DNA of 64,000 nt. Source: an uncultured Actinomycetes bacterium (GTDB lineage: Bacteria > Actinomycetota > Thermoleophilia > Gaiellales > Gaiellaceae). Of the stretch, positions 25,987 through 35,200 are shown piece by piece. Within the stretch, counting starts at the first letter, position 1. Each line of letters opens with the position of its first letter. The position numbers and the translations under genes are program-made. The notes under the pieces were generated by a model. That model was not told the DNA's origin, did not search any database, and worked only from the letters and a program-made list of their open reading frames with translations. The stretch is taken from positions 151,921 to 215,920 of the forward strand of contig CAWIHQ010000004.1 in the NCBI GenBank assembly GCA_963835965.1, written 5' to 3'.

Positions 25987-26152
25987 CAGCCAACCTCCTG
26001 GTACGTGTGGATTGTCTCGCGTACCGTAGCCGGTACACCCGCGTGGCGCAAACACGGATGCCGGAGAAGTGCGGATTTCTTTGGCACGACCCGACTGTCT
26101 CGCGTAGCTTGGGAGCAGGAGGTGAGTGCAAATGCGCTTGGCTGAGCCAGGA

Positions 26153-26350
26153 ATGGCGGTGACGGTTCGCACGGCGGATGGAAAGGAACTCGCGCGTGTG
26201 GCTGTCAGCGGTGTGGTCGATGGGGCAGATTTCCCGTCGTCTGGGTCTGCTCGGAGGAGGAATGGGCCGCGGCGCACGGGAGCGGGAACGTTCCGACAGC
26301 GCTTCCGTGGCCTGCGGAGGATGTACGGCCGGCTGAGGAACAGGTGCCCG
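26153..26350 (+). pseudogene. Small hypothetical gene with a +1 frameshift
   Basis: MAVTVRTADGKELARVAVSGVVDGADFP then, one base out of frame, VVWVCSEEEWAAAHGSGNVPTALPWPAEDVRPAEEQVPA*. The second half is protein-like only in the shifted frame. Confidence 0.35.
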
Positions 26351-26459
26351 CGTGACCGAGAAGAAAGAGCCGGAGGAGAAGCCCTATGCGCGAGCGGACT
26401 TCATGCGCGATCTCGGAGAAGGCATCTAGGAAGCTAGAGCCGGAGAAGAAGGCGAAGAA

Positions 26460-27345
26460 GCGAACGCCCTTCCGGACGTTCCGGAGGAAGACCTTGAACA
26501 TCGGCACGCGATCGTGGCGGTGGCTGTACTTGAACGCGAACTCCTGCACGTAGAGTCCGAGCCACTTACGGGCTGACGTTGTGCTGGACGCCTGAGAGCC
26601 CACGCTTCACGTTGCCGAAGAACCCCTCGATCGTCTGCGTATGAACGTCGCCCTGCGCGTAGATCGATTCCGTGTGCTTGATCGTGTAGTGACGTGCGAA
26701 CTCCGCGCCAAGTCCCGCATATAGCGTGAACTCGTCCGTGTAGATCGTCGCGTCTGGGCTGACGTTGGCGCGGATTGCGGCGTGGAGCGTTTCGCGGCTC
26801 CGGTCCGGAACGACGATCGCGCGTGCCCGACCGCCGCGCTCGACCATTGCGAGATCGTCGGGCGACTCTGAATCTTCGCCATAGCGTCCTGCCGACGCCG
26901 TGTCGATGTTGCGGCGCGCGACGGTCCCCTGCTCGAATCTTCCCGCCCCACGCTGACTCGTCAATCTCGACCTCGCCGCGCAACGGCGTTGTGTCGTCGT
27001 CGAGTAGGAGGCGCCGGATCATGTTGAACATGCGCCATGCCGTCTTGTACGTCACGCCGATTTCGCGTTCGAGTTGCTTCGCGCTGATACCGCAGCGTGT
27101 CTGGCTCATGATGAAGATCGCGTGGAACCACACCGCAACGGCGTCGTGGACTTCTCGAAGATCGTCCCCGCTGTCGGATGGACATGGTGGCCGCACGAAT
27201 CGCATGAGACGAGTGCGGCCTTTACGCGATGGACCGGCGTGGTCTGCCGCACTTCGGACAATCGGCAGTGATCCGTCGACGCTGGGAGTTGCGCCAGAGG
27301 TATGAGGCAGGCGTCATCCGTCGGGAACGGTGGAAAGGTGAGCGT
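26460..27345 (-). mobile_element. IS1595-family (ISXO2-like) transposase gene remnant with at least 3 frameshifts
   Basis: The pieces lie in four frames. (1) Zn-ribbon/N-terminus ...FPTDDACL...CDSCGHHVHPTAGTIFEKSTTPL. (2) WFHAIFIMSQTRCGISAKQLEREIGVTYKTAWRMFNMIRRLL...GEVEIDESAWGG. (3) DDE core ...AIVVPDRSRETLHAAIRANVSPDATIYTDEFTLYAGLG..HYTIKH...YAQGDVHTQTIEGFFGNVKRGLSGV. (4) KWLGLYVQEFAFKYSHRHD. No inverted repeats identified. Confidence 0.7.
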
Positions 27346-27413
27346 GTACGCTTGGGGCGGGGGGCGCAGAAGAAAGGAGTGGGGCAAGGTCACATGTCAA
27401 GTTGTCCCTTCGC

Positions 27414-28004
27414 TCAGCTGAACGGCTTCATCAGCATGTCGAAGACGACGACCATGAGCACGGCGACGTCGATGCGCGCGATGAGGAGAATTTCCTTGAT
27501 CGCGGCCTGCGTCTCTGCCGCGGCGGCGCCCTTCGTCTCGAGCAGGTTCGCGACCCGCTTCGCACGCGGGGAGAGGAAGGCGATGCCGGTCGTGAAGGTC
27601 ATCGCATAGCCGACGAGGCCGATGACCACCCAGGTCGTGCCGAAGCCGATGTGGTCGTTGATCACCATCGTGATCCCCATCGCCAGCACGACGAGACCGG
27701 CCGGCGCGAACAGCTTCTCGCCGACGAACGCCGCCTGGCGGGCGATGGTCGCGAGCTCCTCCGGGTCGTTCTTGTTCTGTGCCAGGAGCGCGAGCACGGT
27801 GAGCATGATCCCGCCGCCGACCCAGAAGACGGCGACGCCGACGTGGATCAGCTTGAACACGGCGAACCAGTGCGAGGGCGCGTCGGTCGTGTTCAGGGCG
27901 AAGATCAGGCCGACGGCGGCGACGGCCAGGCCGATTCCGACGGTGAGCGAGCGGGAAGCGCCGGTGTCGGTCCGCGGCGCCTCGGCGAGGGGAGTCGTAT
28001 CCAT
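27414..28004 (-). CDS. DUF2269-like integral membrane protein
   Basis: About 196 aa from ATG 28004 with 4-5 hydrophobic helices (HVGVAVFWVGGGIMLTVLALL, LVVLAMGITMVI, WVVIGLVGYAMTF, IDVAVLMVVVFDMLMKP). Confidence 0.6.
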   Translation of the reverse strand: MDTTPLAEAPRTDTGASRSLTVGIGLAVAAVGLIFALNTTDAPSHWFAVFKLIHVGVAVFWVGGGIMLTVLALLAQNKNDPEELATIARQAAFVGEKLFAPAGLVVLAMGITMVINDHIGFGTTWVVIGLVGYAMTFTTGIAFLSPRAKRVANLLETKGAAAAETQAAIKEILLIARIDVAVLMVVVFDMLMKPFS

Positions 28005-28033
28005 GGCCCGAGTAAACGCGATGCGGCGGACGG

Positions 28034-28495
28034 TTACAAGCTGCGCGCAGCCGCGATCAACTCGTCGACGTCGGGCAGCTCGCTCGGCTCGTAGGCCCAC
28101 GCGCAGCGGACGACGCCCTCCACGTCGACGAGGAACGCGCTGCGCCGCGAGACGTCGCGCATCCCGTTGTGCTCGTAGGCGACGCCGAAGCCGTGTGTCG
28201 CCTCGGCGTTCCAGTCGGACAGCAGCGGGAAGTCGAGGTCGAGCGCCTGCATCCAGGCGACGTGCGTGTACGGCGAGTCGCGCGAGATTGCGAACGGCTC
28301 GACCCCGGCGTCCTGCAGCTCCGCTCTCCTGTCACGCAGGAGCTCGAGCTCGCTCGTTCAGGTCGAGGACCAGTCGAAGAGATAGAAGAGGAGGAGCAAC
28401 GGCCGGTCGTGGAACAGATCGCCGATGCTCGCGCGCTCGCGCGGCGTCGTCCAGACGACCGCCTCGAGCGGCGCTTTCTCCCCGGCCTCGAGCAT
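28034..28495 (-). CDS. AhpE/BCP-like peroxiredoxin with in-frame TGA (codon 46, nt 28358-28360) at the peroxidatic-Cys position; candidate selenocysteine protein (alternative: nonsense pseudogene)
   Basis: Reading from ATG 28495 (AGGA 7 nt upstream): MLEAGEKAPLEAVVWTTPRERASIGDLFHDRPLLLLFYLFDWSST[TGA]TSELELLRDRRAELQDAGVEPFAISRDSPYTHVAWMQALDLDFPLLSDW...RRSAFLVDVEGVVR... This is the same frame as track ORF 28034..28252. It aligns residue by residue with the Prx motif FYPxDFT/SxxC(P/T)TE. Confidence 0.7.
28317..28350 (-). promoter_or_regulatory. Candidate bacterial SECIS hairpin downstream of the in-frame UGA
   Basis: mRNA sense: UGA-acgagcg-AGCUCGAGCUCCUG-CGUGA-CAGGAGAGCGGAGCU. Perfect 6-bp apical stem (CUCCUG/CAGGAG) with a 5-nt loop CGUGA starting 22 nt after the UGA. 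The lower stem is extendable with an internal loop and a bulge. Confidence 0.5.
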
Positions 28496-28504
28496 CCCTC
28501 GATC

Positions 28505-29791
28505 CTATGCGGCGGCGGCCGGCTCGGGCTTCGGTGAGACCTCCGTCGCCACGGCGATCTCCCTCGCCACCTCGACGATGTCGCCCCGGCCGCCGAAGGC
28601 GGGGTCTCTCGGCCGCGCGCCGGCGGCTTCGCCGCCGGCGCTTGCAGCCTTGAGCGTGTTGAAGACATGCAGCTGCCGGTCGGCGCCGTTGCCGCGGCGG
28701 AGGATCTCCTCGACGCCGGCGAGCTCTTCCTCCGAGCCGAGGTCGCGAGCGTGCGGGCGCAGCGTGTTCAGTGTCCGCCGCGCGAGCGCTGCGACCGGCA
28801 GCCGGTTGCGCCGCCCCGTGTGGAGGTCCATCACCGGCGCCGACAGGCCGTAGCGCGCGGCGAGCCACTTGTTCTCGGTCGTGAGAATGCGGTGGAAAGA
28901 CGGGATCTCCTCGCCGCGCTCCACCAGCTCTGCGTAGTGCTTGACGAGCGCCTGGCAGTAGGCCGTGATGGCGATCGCGTCCTCGAGTCGTGTCACCGCG
29001 TCGCAGATGCGGATCTCGACCGTGCCGAGACGCGGGTGGAGGCGGATGTCCCACCAGATGTGCGTGTAGTCCTGGATGCACCCGGTCTTCTCGAGTTGGT
29101 TCACGACTTGCGCGTAGTCGGCGTAGTCGCGGAAGCGAGGCGGCGGGCCGGAACGCGGGAAGGCGGCGAAGATCATGTGGCGCGACGAGCGGAGCCCGGT
29201 CGGCTCACCGCGCCAGAACGGAGAGCTGGCCGACAGCGCCACGAGCTCCGGGAGATGGGCGATCAGCCCGTTGACGACCTGGATCGCCTTCTCCGCGTCG
29301 TCGACTGCGACGTGGACGTGCATCCCGAAGATCAGCTCGCGCCGCGCGATGTACTGCATCTGGTCGACGAGCGCGCGATAGCGGTCTTTGGCCGTGATCC
29401 GCTGCGCCTCGAAGAGCGAGAACGGATGCGTGCCGGCCGAGCCGACGCGCAGGCCCTTCTCGCGCGCGACATCGGTGACGTAGCGGCGGATGCGCAGCAG
29501 TTGCTGCTGCACCCCGGCGGGCGTATGGCAGACCGGCGTTGCCACCTCGAGCACCGACTGCATCAGCTCCGGGTTGATCCGCGGCTCCAGCTCGTGGCCG
29601 GCGACGGCAGCGAGAACGGTGTCGATGTGCTGGACGAGGTCGAACGTCTCGCTGTCGAGGAGCATGTACTCCTCCTCGACGCCGAGCGTGTACGGGTCGC
29701 TCGCGCCGAAGGCGTGATCGAGCACGCTGCCGCCGGGCGGGAAGTGCGAGCCCTTCCCCGTGATCGAGGGCGGGATCAGCGAGTCGCTCAT
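28505..29791 (-). CDS. Carboxylate-amine ligase, YbdK/GCS2 family (glutamate-cysteine ligase 2-like)
   Basis: TLGVEEEYMLLD, GTHPF, RELIFGMHVHV, SSPFWRG..TGL.S.R, WWDIRLHPRLGTVEIRICD. Its stop is 9 nt upstream of the peroxiredoxin ATG. Confidence 0.85.
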   Translation of the reverse strand: MSDSLIPPSITGKGSHFPPGGSVLDHAFGASDPYTLGVEEEYMLLDSETFDLVQHIDTVLAAVAGHELEPRINPELMQSVLEVATPVCHTPAGVQQQLLRIRRYVTDVAREKGLRVGSAGTHPFSLFEAQRITAKDRYRALVDQMQYIARRELIFGMHVHVAVDDAEKAIQVVNGLIAHLPELVALSASSPFWRGEPTGLRSSRHMIFAAFPRSGPPPRFRDYADYAQVVNQLEKTGCIQDYTHIWWDIRLHPRLGTVEIRICDAVTRLEDAIAITAYCQALVKHYAELVERGEEIPSFHRILTTENKWLAARYGLSAPVMDLHTGRRNRLPVAALARRTLNTLRPHARDLGSEEELAGVEEILRRGNGADRQLHVFNTLKAASAGGEAAGARPRDPAFGGRGDIVEVAREIAVATEVSPKPEPAAAA

Positions 29792-29849
29792 GCTGGGACG
29801 ATATCCCCTGGGTTTGCAGGAAGAAAGCGTCGGCCGAGAATGGCGAGCC

Positions 29850-30224
29850 TCATTCGGGGAGGAGCGCGTCGGCCTCGATCTCGACCTTCCAGGCTGGATC
29901 GAGCAGCCCCTTGATCACGAGCATCGCCGAGGCGGGCTGATGCCGACCGAACACCTCGCCGTGCGCGACCCCGACTGCCTCCCAGTCGGCGGCGTCGACG
30001 AGGTAGACGCGCGTACGAACGACGTGCTCGGGCGCCGCGCCGAGCCCGCGAAGCGCATCGACGATGATCGTGAGGCAACGCTTCGCCTGCTCGTATGCGT
30101 CGTCGGACTCGATGCCGACGGGGGCGGTTCCGGAGATGTAGACGTGGCGCCCGTCGCGCACCGCTCGGGCGTACCCGACCGTGTCCGCGAAGGGCGAGAC
30201 CGCAGGGACGGTTGCGCGCGCCAC
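29850..30224 (-). CDS. RidA/YjgF/L-PSP family protein
   Basis: About 124 aa from GTG 30224 (AGGAAGG just upstream). GYARAVRDGRHVYISGT..., TRVYLVD..., AMLVIKGLLDPAWKVEIEADA. Confidence 0.8.
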   Translation of the reverse strand: MARATVPAVSPFADTVGYARAVRDGRHVYISGTAPVGIESDDAYEQAKRCLTIIVDALRGLGAAPEHVVRTRVYLVDAADWEAVGVAHGEVFGRHQPASAMLVIKGLLDPAWKVEIEADALLPE

Positions 30225-30243
30225 CTTCCTAGTATCCTCCGCT

Positions 30244-31053
30244 GTGGAGGCGCTGCGAGCGATCGAAGGCTGGGGCGCGGACATCGCCGCCGCCGGCGTC
30301 GCGCGGGCGGACAGCGTCGTCGCGATCGACGGGCCCGGCCGCACGGAGCTGCCGTGGGCATCCGTGACAAAGCTGCTGACCGGGGTCGCGGTGCTCGTCG
30401 CGCTCGAGGAGGGGACGGTCGACCTCGACGAGCCGGCAGGGCCGCCCGACGCGACGCTCCGCCACCTCCTCGCCCACGCCTCCGGGCTGCCGGTCGACGG
30501 TGAGCAACCGATCACCGAATCGGGTCGCCGCCGCATCTACTCGAACACCGGCATCGAGCTCGCAGCGCGTCTCGTCGAGCAGCGGGCGGAGATGCCCTTC
30601 GCCGACTACTTCGCGCACGCGGTCGTCGGGCCGCTCGGCCTCACCGGGCGCCTGGCCGGCTCGCCCGCCCACGGTTACCGCGGGCCGCTCGAGGACCTCC
30701 TCACGCTCGGCCGCGAGCTCCTGCGACCGACCCTGGTGGCCCCCGAGACGCTGGCCGAAGCGACGACCGTCCAGTTTCCCGGCCTCGTCGGCGTGCTGCC
30801 GGGGTTCGGTCGGATGGAGCCGAACGACTGGGGCCTCACCTTCGAGCTGCGGGACACGAAGTCGCCGCACTGGACCGGTGGGCGAAACTCCGAGCGGACC
30901 TTCGGTCACTTCGGCGCGAGCGGCACGTTCCTTTGGGTCGATCCCGCGGCGGGGGTGGCATGCGGAGTGCTCACCGACCGGCCGTTCGGCGACTGGGCGA
31001 AGGAGGCGTGGCCCCCCTTCAGCGACGCTGTCCTCGCCGAGCTCTCCGGCTAA
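30244..31053 (+). CDS. Serine hydrolase, beta-lactamase/transpeptidase-like fold
   Basis: ASVTKLLTG (SxxK), YSNTG (YxN), HFGASGTFLWVDP. Start uncertain (GTG 30244 chosen; the ORF is open from 30181). Confidence 0.75.
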   Translation: MEALRAIEGWGADIAAAGVARADSVVAIDGPGRTELPWASVTKLLTGVAVLVALEEGTVDLDEPAGPPDATLRHLLAHASGLPVDGEQPITESGRRRIYSNTGIELAARLVEQRAEMPFADYFAHAVVGPLGLTGRLAGSPAHGYRGPLEDLLTLGRELLRPTLVAPETLAEATTVQFPGLVGVLPGFGRMEPNDWGLTFELRDTKSPHWTGGRNSERTFGHFGASGTFLWVDPAAGVACGVLTDRPFGDWAKEAWPPFSDAVLAELSG

Positions 31054-31361
31054 TCGTCGGCGAAGAGCGGCCGCAACAGCTCGTCGAACGTCGCCCGGTC
31101 GCAGCTCGCGAGGACCGCGGGAGTCATCGCGGACACGGTCGCCGTTCGGGGGATGCTCATCGCGGGCGCGACCTCGCCGAAGTAATCGCCGGGGCGGAGC
31201 ACGCTGCGCGCGCCGAGATCGCGCTGGCTGACGGCGAGGACACCCGAAAGGAGGACATAGAAACGGTCGTCGGACTCGCCCTCGCGTACGAGGACGGTGC
31301 CGGGCGCAACCTCCGTGCGCTCCATGCGTTGCCCGAGCCGAGCGAGCGTCTCGCCCGGCAA
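31050..31361 (-). CDS. Cyclic-nucleotide-binding-domain protein (short; may be N-terminally truncated)
   Basis: VLVREGESDDRFYVLLSGVLAV...LRPGDYFGEVA...RTATVSA. The first usable start is TTG 31361, and an in-frame TAA lies at 31443-31445. Confidence 0.6.
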   Translation of the reverse strand: MPGETLARLGQRMERTEVAPGTVLVREGESDDRFYVLLSGVLAVSQRDLGARSVLRPGDYFGEVAPAMSIPRTATVSAMTPAVLASCDRATFDELLRPLFADD

Positions 31362-31586
31362 CCCGGCGAGCAGCTCGATCCGGGCGAGCTCGTGCTGGGT
31401 GGCGGAACGGCGCGGCGAGGCTAGCTCCTCTCCTCGAGTCGGTTAGGTCCGGCCGTCCACGAAGTTGAGCCGAACGGCCCATGGCCATTGTCCGGGTTCG
31501 TGTCGATCATGCCCATCAATGAGCGTAGGCTTGACGGAGCTCATCAGAGAGCGGAGGCGCCGGCGTGTACGGAGCCGCAGCGGAAG

Positions 31587-31748
31587 ATGAGCGAGCGGGG
31601 GTTCCACCGGATCGAAGACGACATCGCCGAGACCTGGTTGGAGGACTGGGCGGGTGCCGGTCTGGGAGAGCTCGAGGCGTATCTCGCCAAGCATGCCGAT
31701 TTCCTCCGCTTCGTCGAGGGTCGCGACGCGGCCCAGACGGCGGACTAG
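31587..31748 (+). CDS. Small hypothetical protein (53 aa)
   Basis: MSERGFHRIEDDIAETWLEDWAGAGLGELEAYLAKHADFLRFVEGRDAAQTAD. Acceptable GC3; no family recognised. Confidence 0.3.
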   Translation: MSERGFHRIEDDIAETWLEDWAGAGLGELEAYLAKHADFLRFVEGRDAAQTAD

Positions 31749-31835
31749 CCCACTGACCTTCCTGAGGGCGCAGAGAGCGCGGCTCTCCGCGGCAAGCGCC
31801 GGCGGCGAAGCCACCGGCGCGCGGCGCAGAACCGA

Positions 31836-31856
31836 GCGGCCGCATTCGGCGGCCGC
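31836..31856. terminator. Hairpin downstream of trxA (gcggccgc-attcg-gcggccgc)
   Basis: 8-bp GC stem 13 nt beyond the trxA stop. Weak U-tract. Confidence 0.35.
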
Positions 31857-31868
31857 GTAGCCGCGCTC

Positions 31869-32180
31869 TCAGCTTTCGAAGCCGAGCTGGCGCTCGAGCA
31901 TGCCCTTCGGCATCGCGCCGACGGCGGAGGCCTTCGGGGCACCGCCCTCGAAGAGCATCATGTTCGGGATCGACTGGATCCCGTAGCGCATCGCGAGATC
32001 CTGGTTGTCGTCGATGTTCACCTTGACGAGCTTGAGGCCGCGCTCGTCGGCGATCCGCTCGAGGACCGGTGCGACCGCGTGACACGGCCCGCACCACTCG
32101 GCCCAGAAGTCCACGAGCACGGGCTTGTCGGCCTGCAGGACCTCGGTCTCGAATGTGGAGTCGGTTACGTCGTTTGTCAT
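31869..32180 (-). CDS. trxA: Thioredoxin
   Basis: 103 aa. VLVDFWAEWCGPCHAVAP...VNIDDN...YGIQSIPNMMLF. GAAGGA RBS. Confidence 0.92.
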   Translation of the reverse strand: MTNDVTDSTFETEVLQADKPVLVDFWAEWCGPCHAVAPVLERIADERGLKLVKVNIDDNQDLAMRYGIQSIPNMMLFEGGAPKASAVGAMPKGMLERQLGFES

Positions 32181-32268
32181 CGTTTCCTTCCCGTGTTCAG
32201 TGTGAGTGGAGGCGGTTCTACCCGCCCTCCCAATGGTAGGAACGCCTCAGCCTAGACTTGCCTTCCCG

Positions 32269-35200
32269 ATGCTGAAGCCAATCTTCCAACCTCTACCGGA
32301 CAAACCCGATCATCCTCGCCTCGAGGAGGAGGTGCTCGCGCTTTGGGAAGCCGAGGGCACGTTCGCGAAGCTCCGCGAGCTGAACCGCGGCGGACCGACC
32401 TTCTCCTTCGTCGACGGCCCGGTGACGGCGAACAGGTTCTCGCTCGGCGTTCACACGGCTTGGGGACGGACGCTGAAGGACGTCTTCCAGAGGTACAAAG
32501 CGCTGCGCGGCTTCGACCAGCGGTACCAGAACGGCTTCGATTGCCAGGGGCTCTGGATCGAAGTGGGTGTCGAGCGCGAGCTCGGCCTCAACTCGAAGCG
32601 CGAGATCGAGGACTTCGGCCTCGAGGAGTTCGCCCGCCGTTGCCGCGACGTGGTCGTGCGGTCGTCCGAGGCACTGACCCGCGGCTCGATTCGCCTGGGC
32701 CAGTGGATGGACTGGGGCAACGACTACCTCACGTCCAGCGACACGAACATCGAGTACGTCTGGCGGATGCTGAAGTCGGTCCACGAGCGGGAATGGCTCT
32801 ACCTCGGCCATCGCTCGACGGAGTGGTGTCCGCGCTGCGGCACCTCGATCTCTCAGCACGAGCTGATCGGGTCGTACGTCGATCGGGCCGACCCGTCGCT
32901 ATACGTGCGCCTTCCGCTGCTCGACCGCCCCGGCGAGTACCTGGTCGTCTGGACGACGACCCCGTGGACGCTGCCGGCGAACGTCGCAGCCGCGGTCAAC
33001 CCGGAGGCGGAGTACGGCCGCCGGAAGAATGGCGAGTGGGTTGCGGCCGCGCGCTATCCGACTGAGGAGCTCGAAGACCGGCGGCGGGGCGCGGACCTCG
33101 TTGGCTGGACCTACCGCGGCCCCTTCGACGACCTGACGGAAGTGGACCACCGGGTCATTCCGTGGGACGAAGTCTCGATGGACGAGGGCACCGGCATCGT
33201 GCACATCGCGCCCGGCTGCGGGACCGAGGACTTCGAGCTCGCGCAGGTGCATGGGCTCGAGGTGATCCAGCCGGTCGACGAGTCGGGTCGCTTCTACGAC
33301 AACTTCGGCTGGCTGCACGGGCTCTCGACCACCGAGGCCGCAGAGCAGATCATCGGCAACCTCGAGGAGAAGGGCGTTCTGGTCGAGGCCGGGCTGCACG
33401 AGCACCGCTATCCGGAGTGCTGGCGGTGCCACACGCCCTTGATCTTCCGCATCGCTGATGACTGGTTCATCTCGGTCCGCGAGTTGCGGCAGCAGATGCT
33501 CGACGCGAACGCGACGGTTGAGTGGACGCCGGAGTACATGGGGAAGCGGATGGACGACTGGCTCCGCAACATGGGTGACTGGAACATCTCCCGCCGCCGC
33601 TACTACGGACTGCCGCTGCCCTTCTATCCCTGCGCGTGCGGGCACCTCAACGTGATCGGGTCGCGCGCCGAACTCGAGGAGCGTGCCGTCTCCGGGCTCG
33701 AGCAGCTGGAGGAGCTCCGGCGGCCGTGGATCGACCGCGTGCCGGTGCGCTGCGCGGAGTGCGGCGAGCCGGTCGCACGGATCATCGAGGTCGGCGACGT
33801 GTGGCTCGACGCGGGGATCGTCCCGTTCTCGACGCTCGGCTGGGAGAACCCGGTGTGGGTGGAGGAGGGAAACGCGACGGGCGCCGCGCGCGGGCTGACG
33901 AAAGCGGACCTTCCGGATCACGCCTACTGGGAGAAGTGGTTCCCGGCGGACTGGGTGAGCGAGATGCGCGAGCAGATCCGCCTCTGGTTCTACTCGCAGC
34001 TCTTCATGTCCGTCGTCCTGACGGGCGGCGCCCCATTCAGACGTGTCCTCGGCTACGAGAAGATGCTCGACGAAAGCGGTCGCGAGATGCACGCGTCGTG
34101 GGGTAACACGATTCCGGCCGAGGAGGCGTTCGGGCGGATGGGCGCGGACGTGATGCGGTGGCAGTACTGCTCGCAGCCGCCCGACCGCAACCTGCTGTTC
34201 GGTTACGGCACGGCCGAGGAACTGAAGCGCAGGCTCCTCACCTTGTGGCACTCCGTCAAGTTCTTCGTCGATTACGCGAACGTCGCCGGATTCCGGCCGT
34301 CCTGGGAGAGCCTCCAGCCGGACGCAGTCGAGCCGCTCGACCGCTGGCTCGTCGAGCGGACGCGCGCCTTCGTCGCCGACGCGACTGCCGGCTACGAGCG
34401 CTGGCTGTCACCAGACGTGTTGCGCGACTTCGAGGTGTACCTCGACGACCTCTCGAACTGGTACATCCGCCGCTCAAGGCGCCGGTTCTGGGACAGCGAC
34501 GAGGTCGCGCTGAGGACCCTCTGGTACGCGCTGGTGCAGACGCTCCGCGTCCTCGCGCCGATCCTCCCCTTCATGACCGACCACCTCTGGCGCGCGCTGG
34601 TCGTCGACGGGCCCGAGTCGGTGCACCTCGCCGGCTGGCCCGAGGTTGCCGAGCCGGACCGAGCGCTTCTCGACGAGATCACGGCGGTGCGGCGCGTCGT
34701 GGAGCTCGCCCGGCAGGCGCGCTCGAGCTCGGGAATCAAGCTGCGGCAGCCGCTGCGTCGGCTCGTCGTCGAGGGCGCGAGCGTCGACGGCCATCTCGAC
34801 GAGGTCGCAGACGAGCTGCGCGTGAAGGACGTCGAGCTCGGGCCGGTAGAGGCGGTCGAGCTGCGTGTCAAGCCGAACCTGCCGGTGCTCGGACCGAAGC
34901 TCGGCCGTGAGCTCGGCGCAGTGCGCGAGGCGCTCGCGGCGGGCGAGTTCGAGGAGCTGCCGGACGGCCGCTTCCGGGCGGCCGGTCGCGAGCTGGAGCC
35001 GGACGAGGTGCTCGTCGAGCGGGGCGGGCGAGAGGGCTGGGCGGTCGCATCGGGCGACGGCGTGACGGTCGCGCTGGACCTCGGCCTCGACGACGAGCTC
35101 GTCCTCGAGGGCGAGGCGTACGAGCTCATCCACCTCGTCAACTCGCTCCGCAAGGAGCGTGGCCTCGAGCTGACGGACCGGATCGAGCTCACCGTGCCCG

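Noticed and set aside
26126-26437. 103-aa + strand ORF taken as an intact gene
   Set aside because: After about 28 codons from the internal MAVTV start, the listed frame becomes Arg-rich nonsense, while the +1 frame is protein-like. It is treated as a frameshifted relic (26153-26350) instead.
32181-32268. Possible T-box or translational leader upstream of the IleRS-homolog gene, including the hairpin ggaggcgg-ttctac-ccgccctcc (32208-32230) and an AAUGGUAGG string
   Set aside because: The spacer is only about 88 nt and is shared with divergent trxA. I could not identify a conserved T-box sequence (GGUGGNACCGCG-like), a specifier loop, or a Stem I. The hairpin is real but unexplained.
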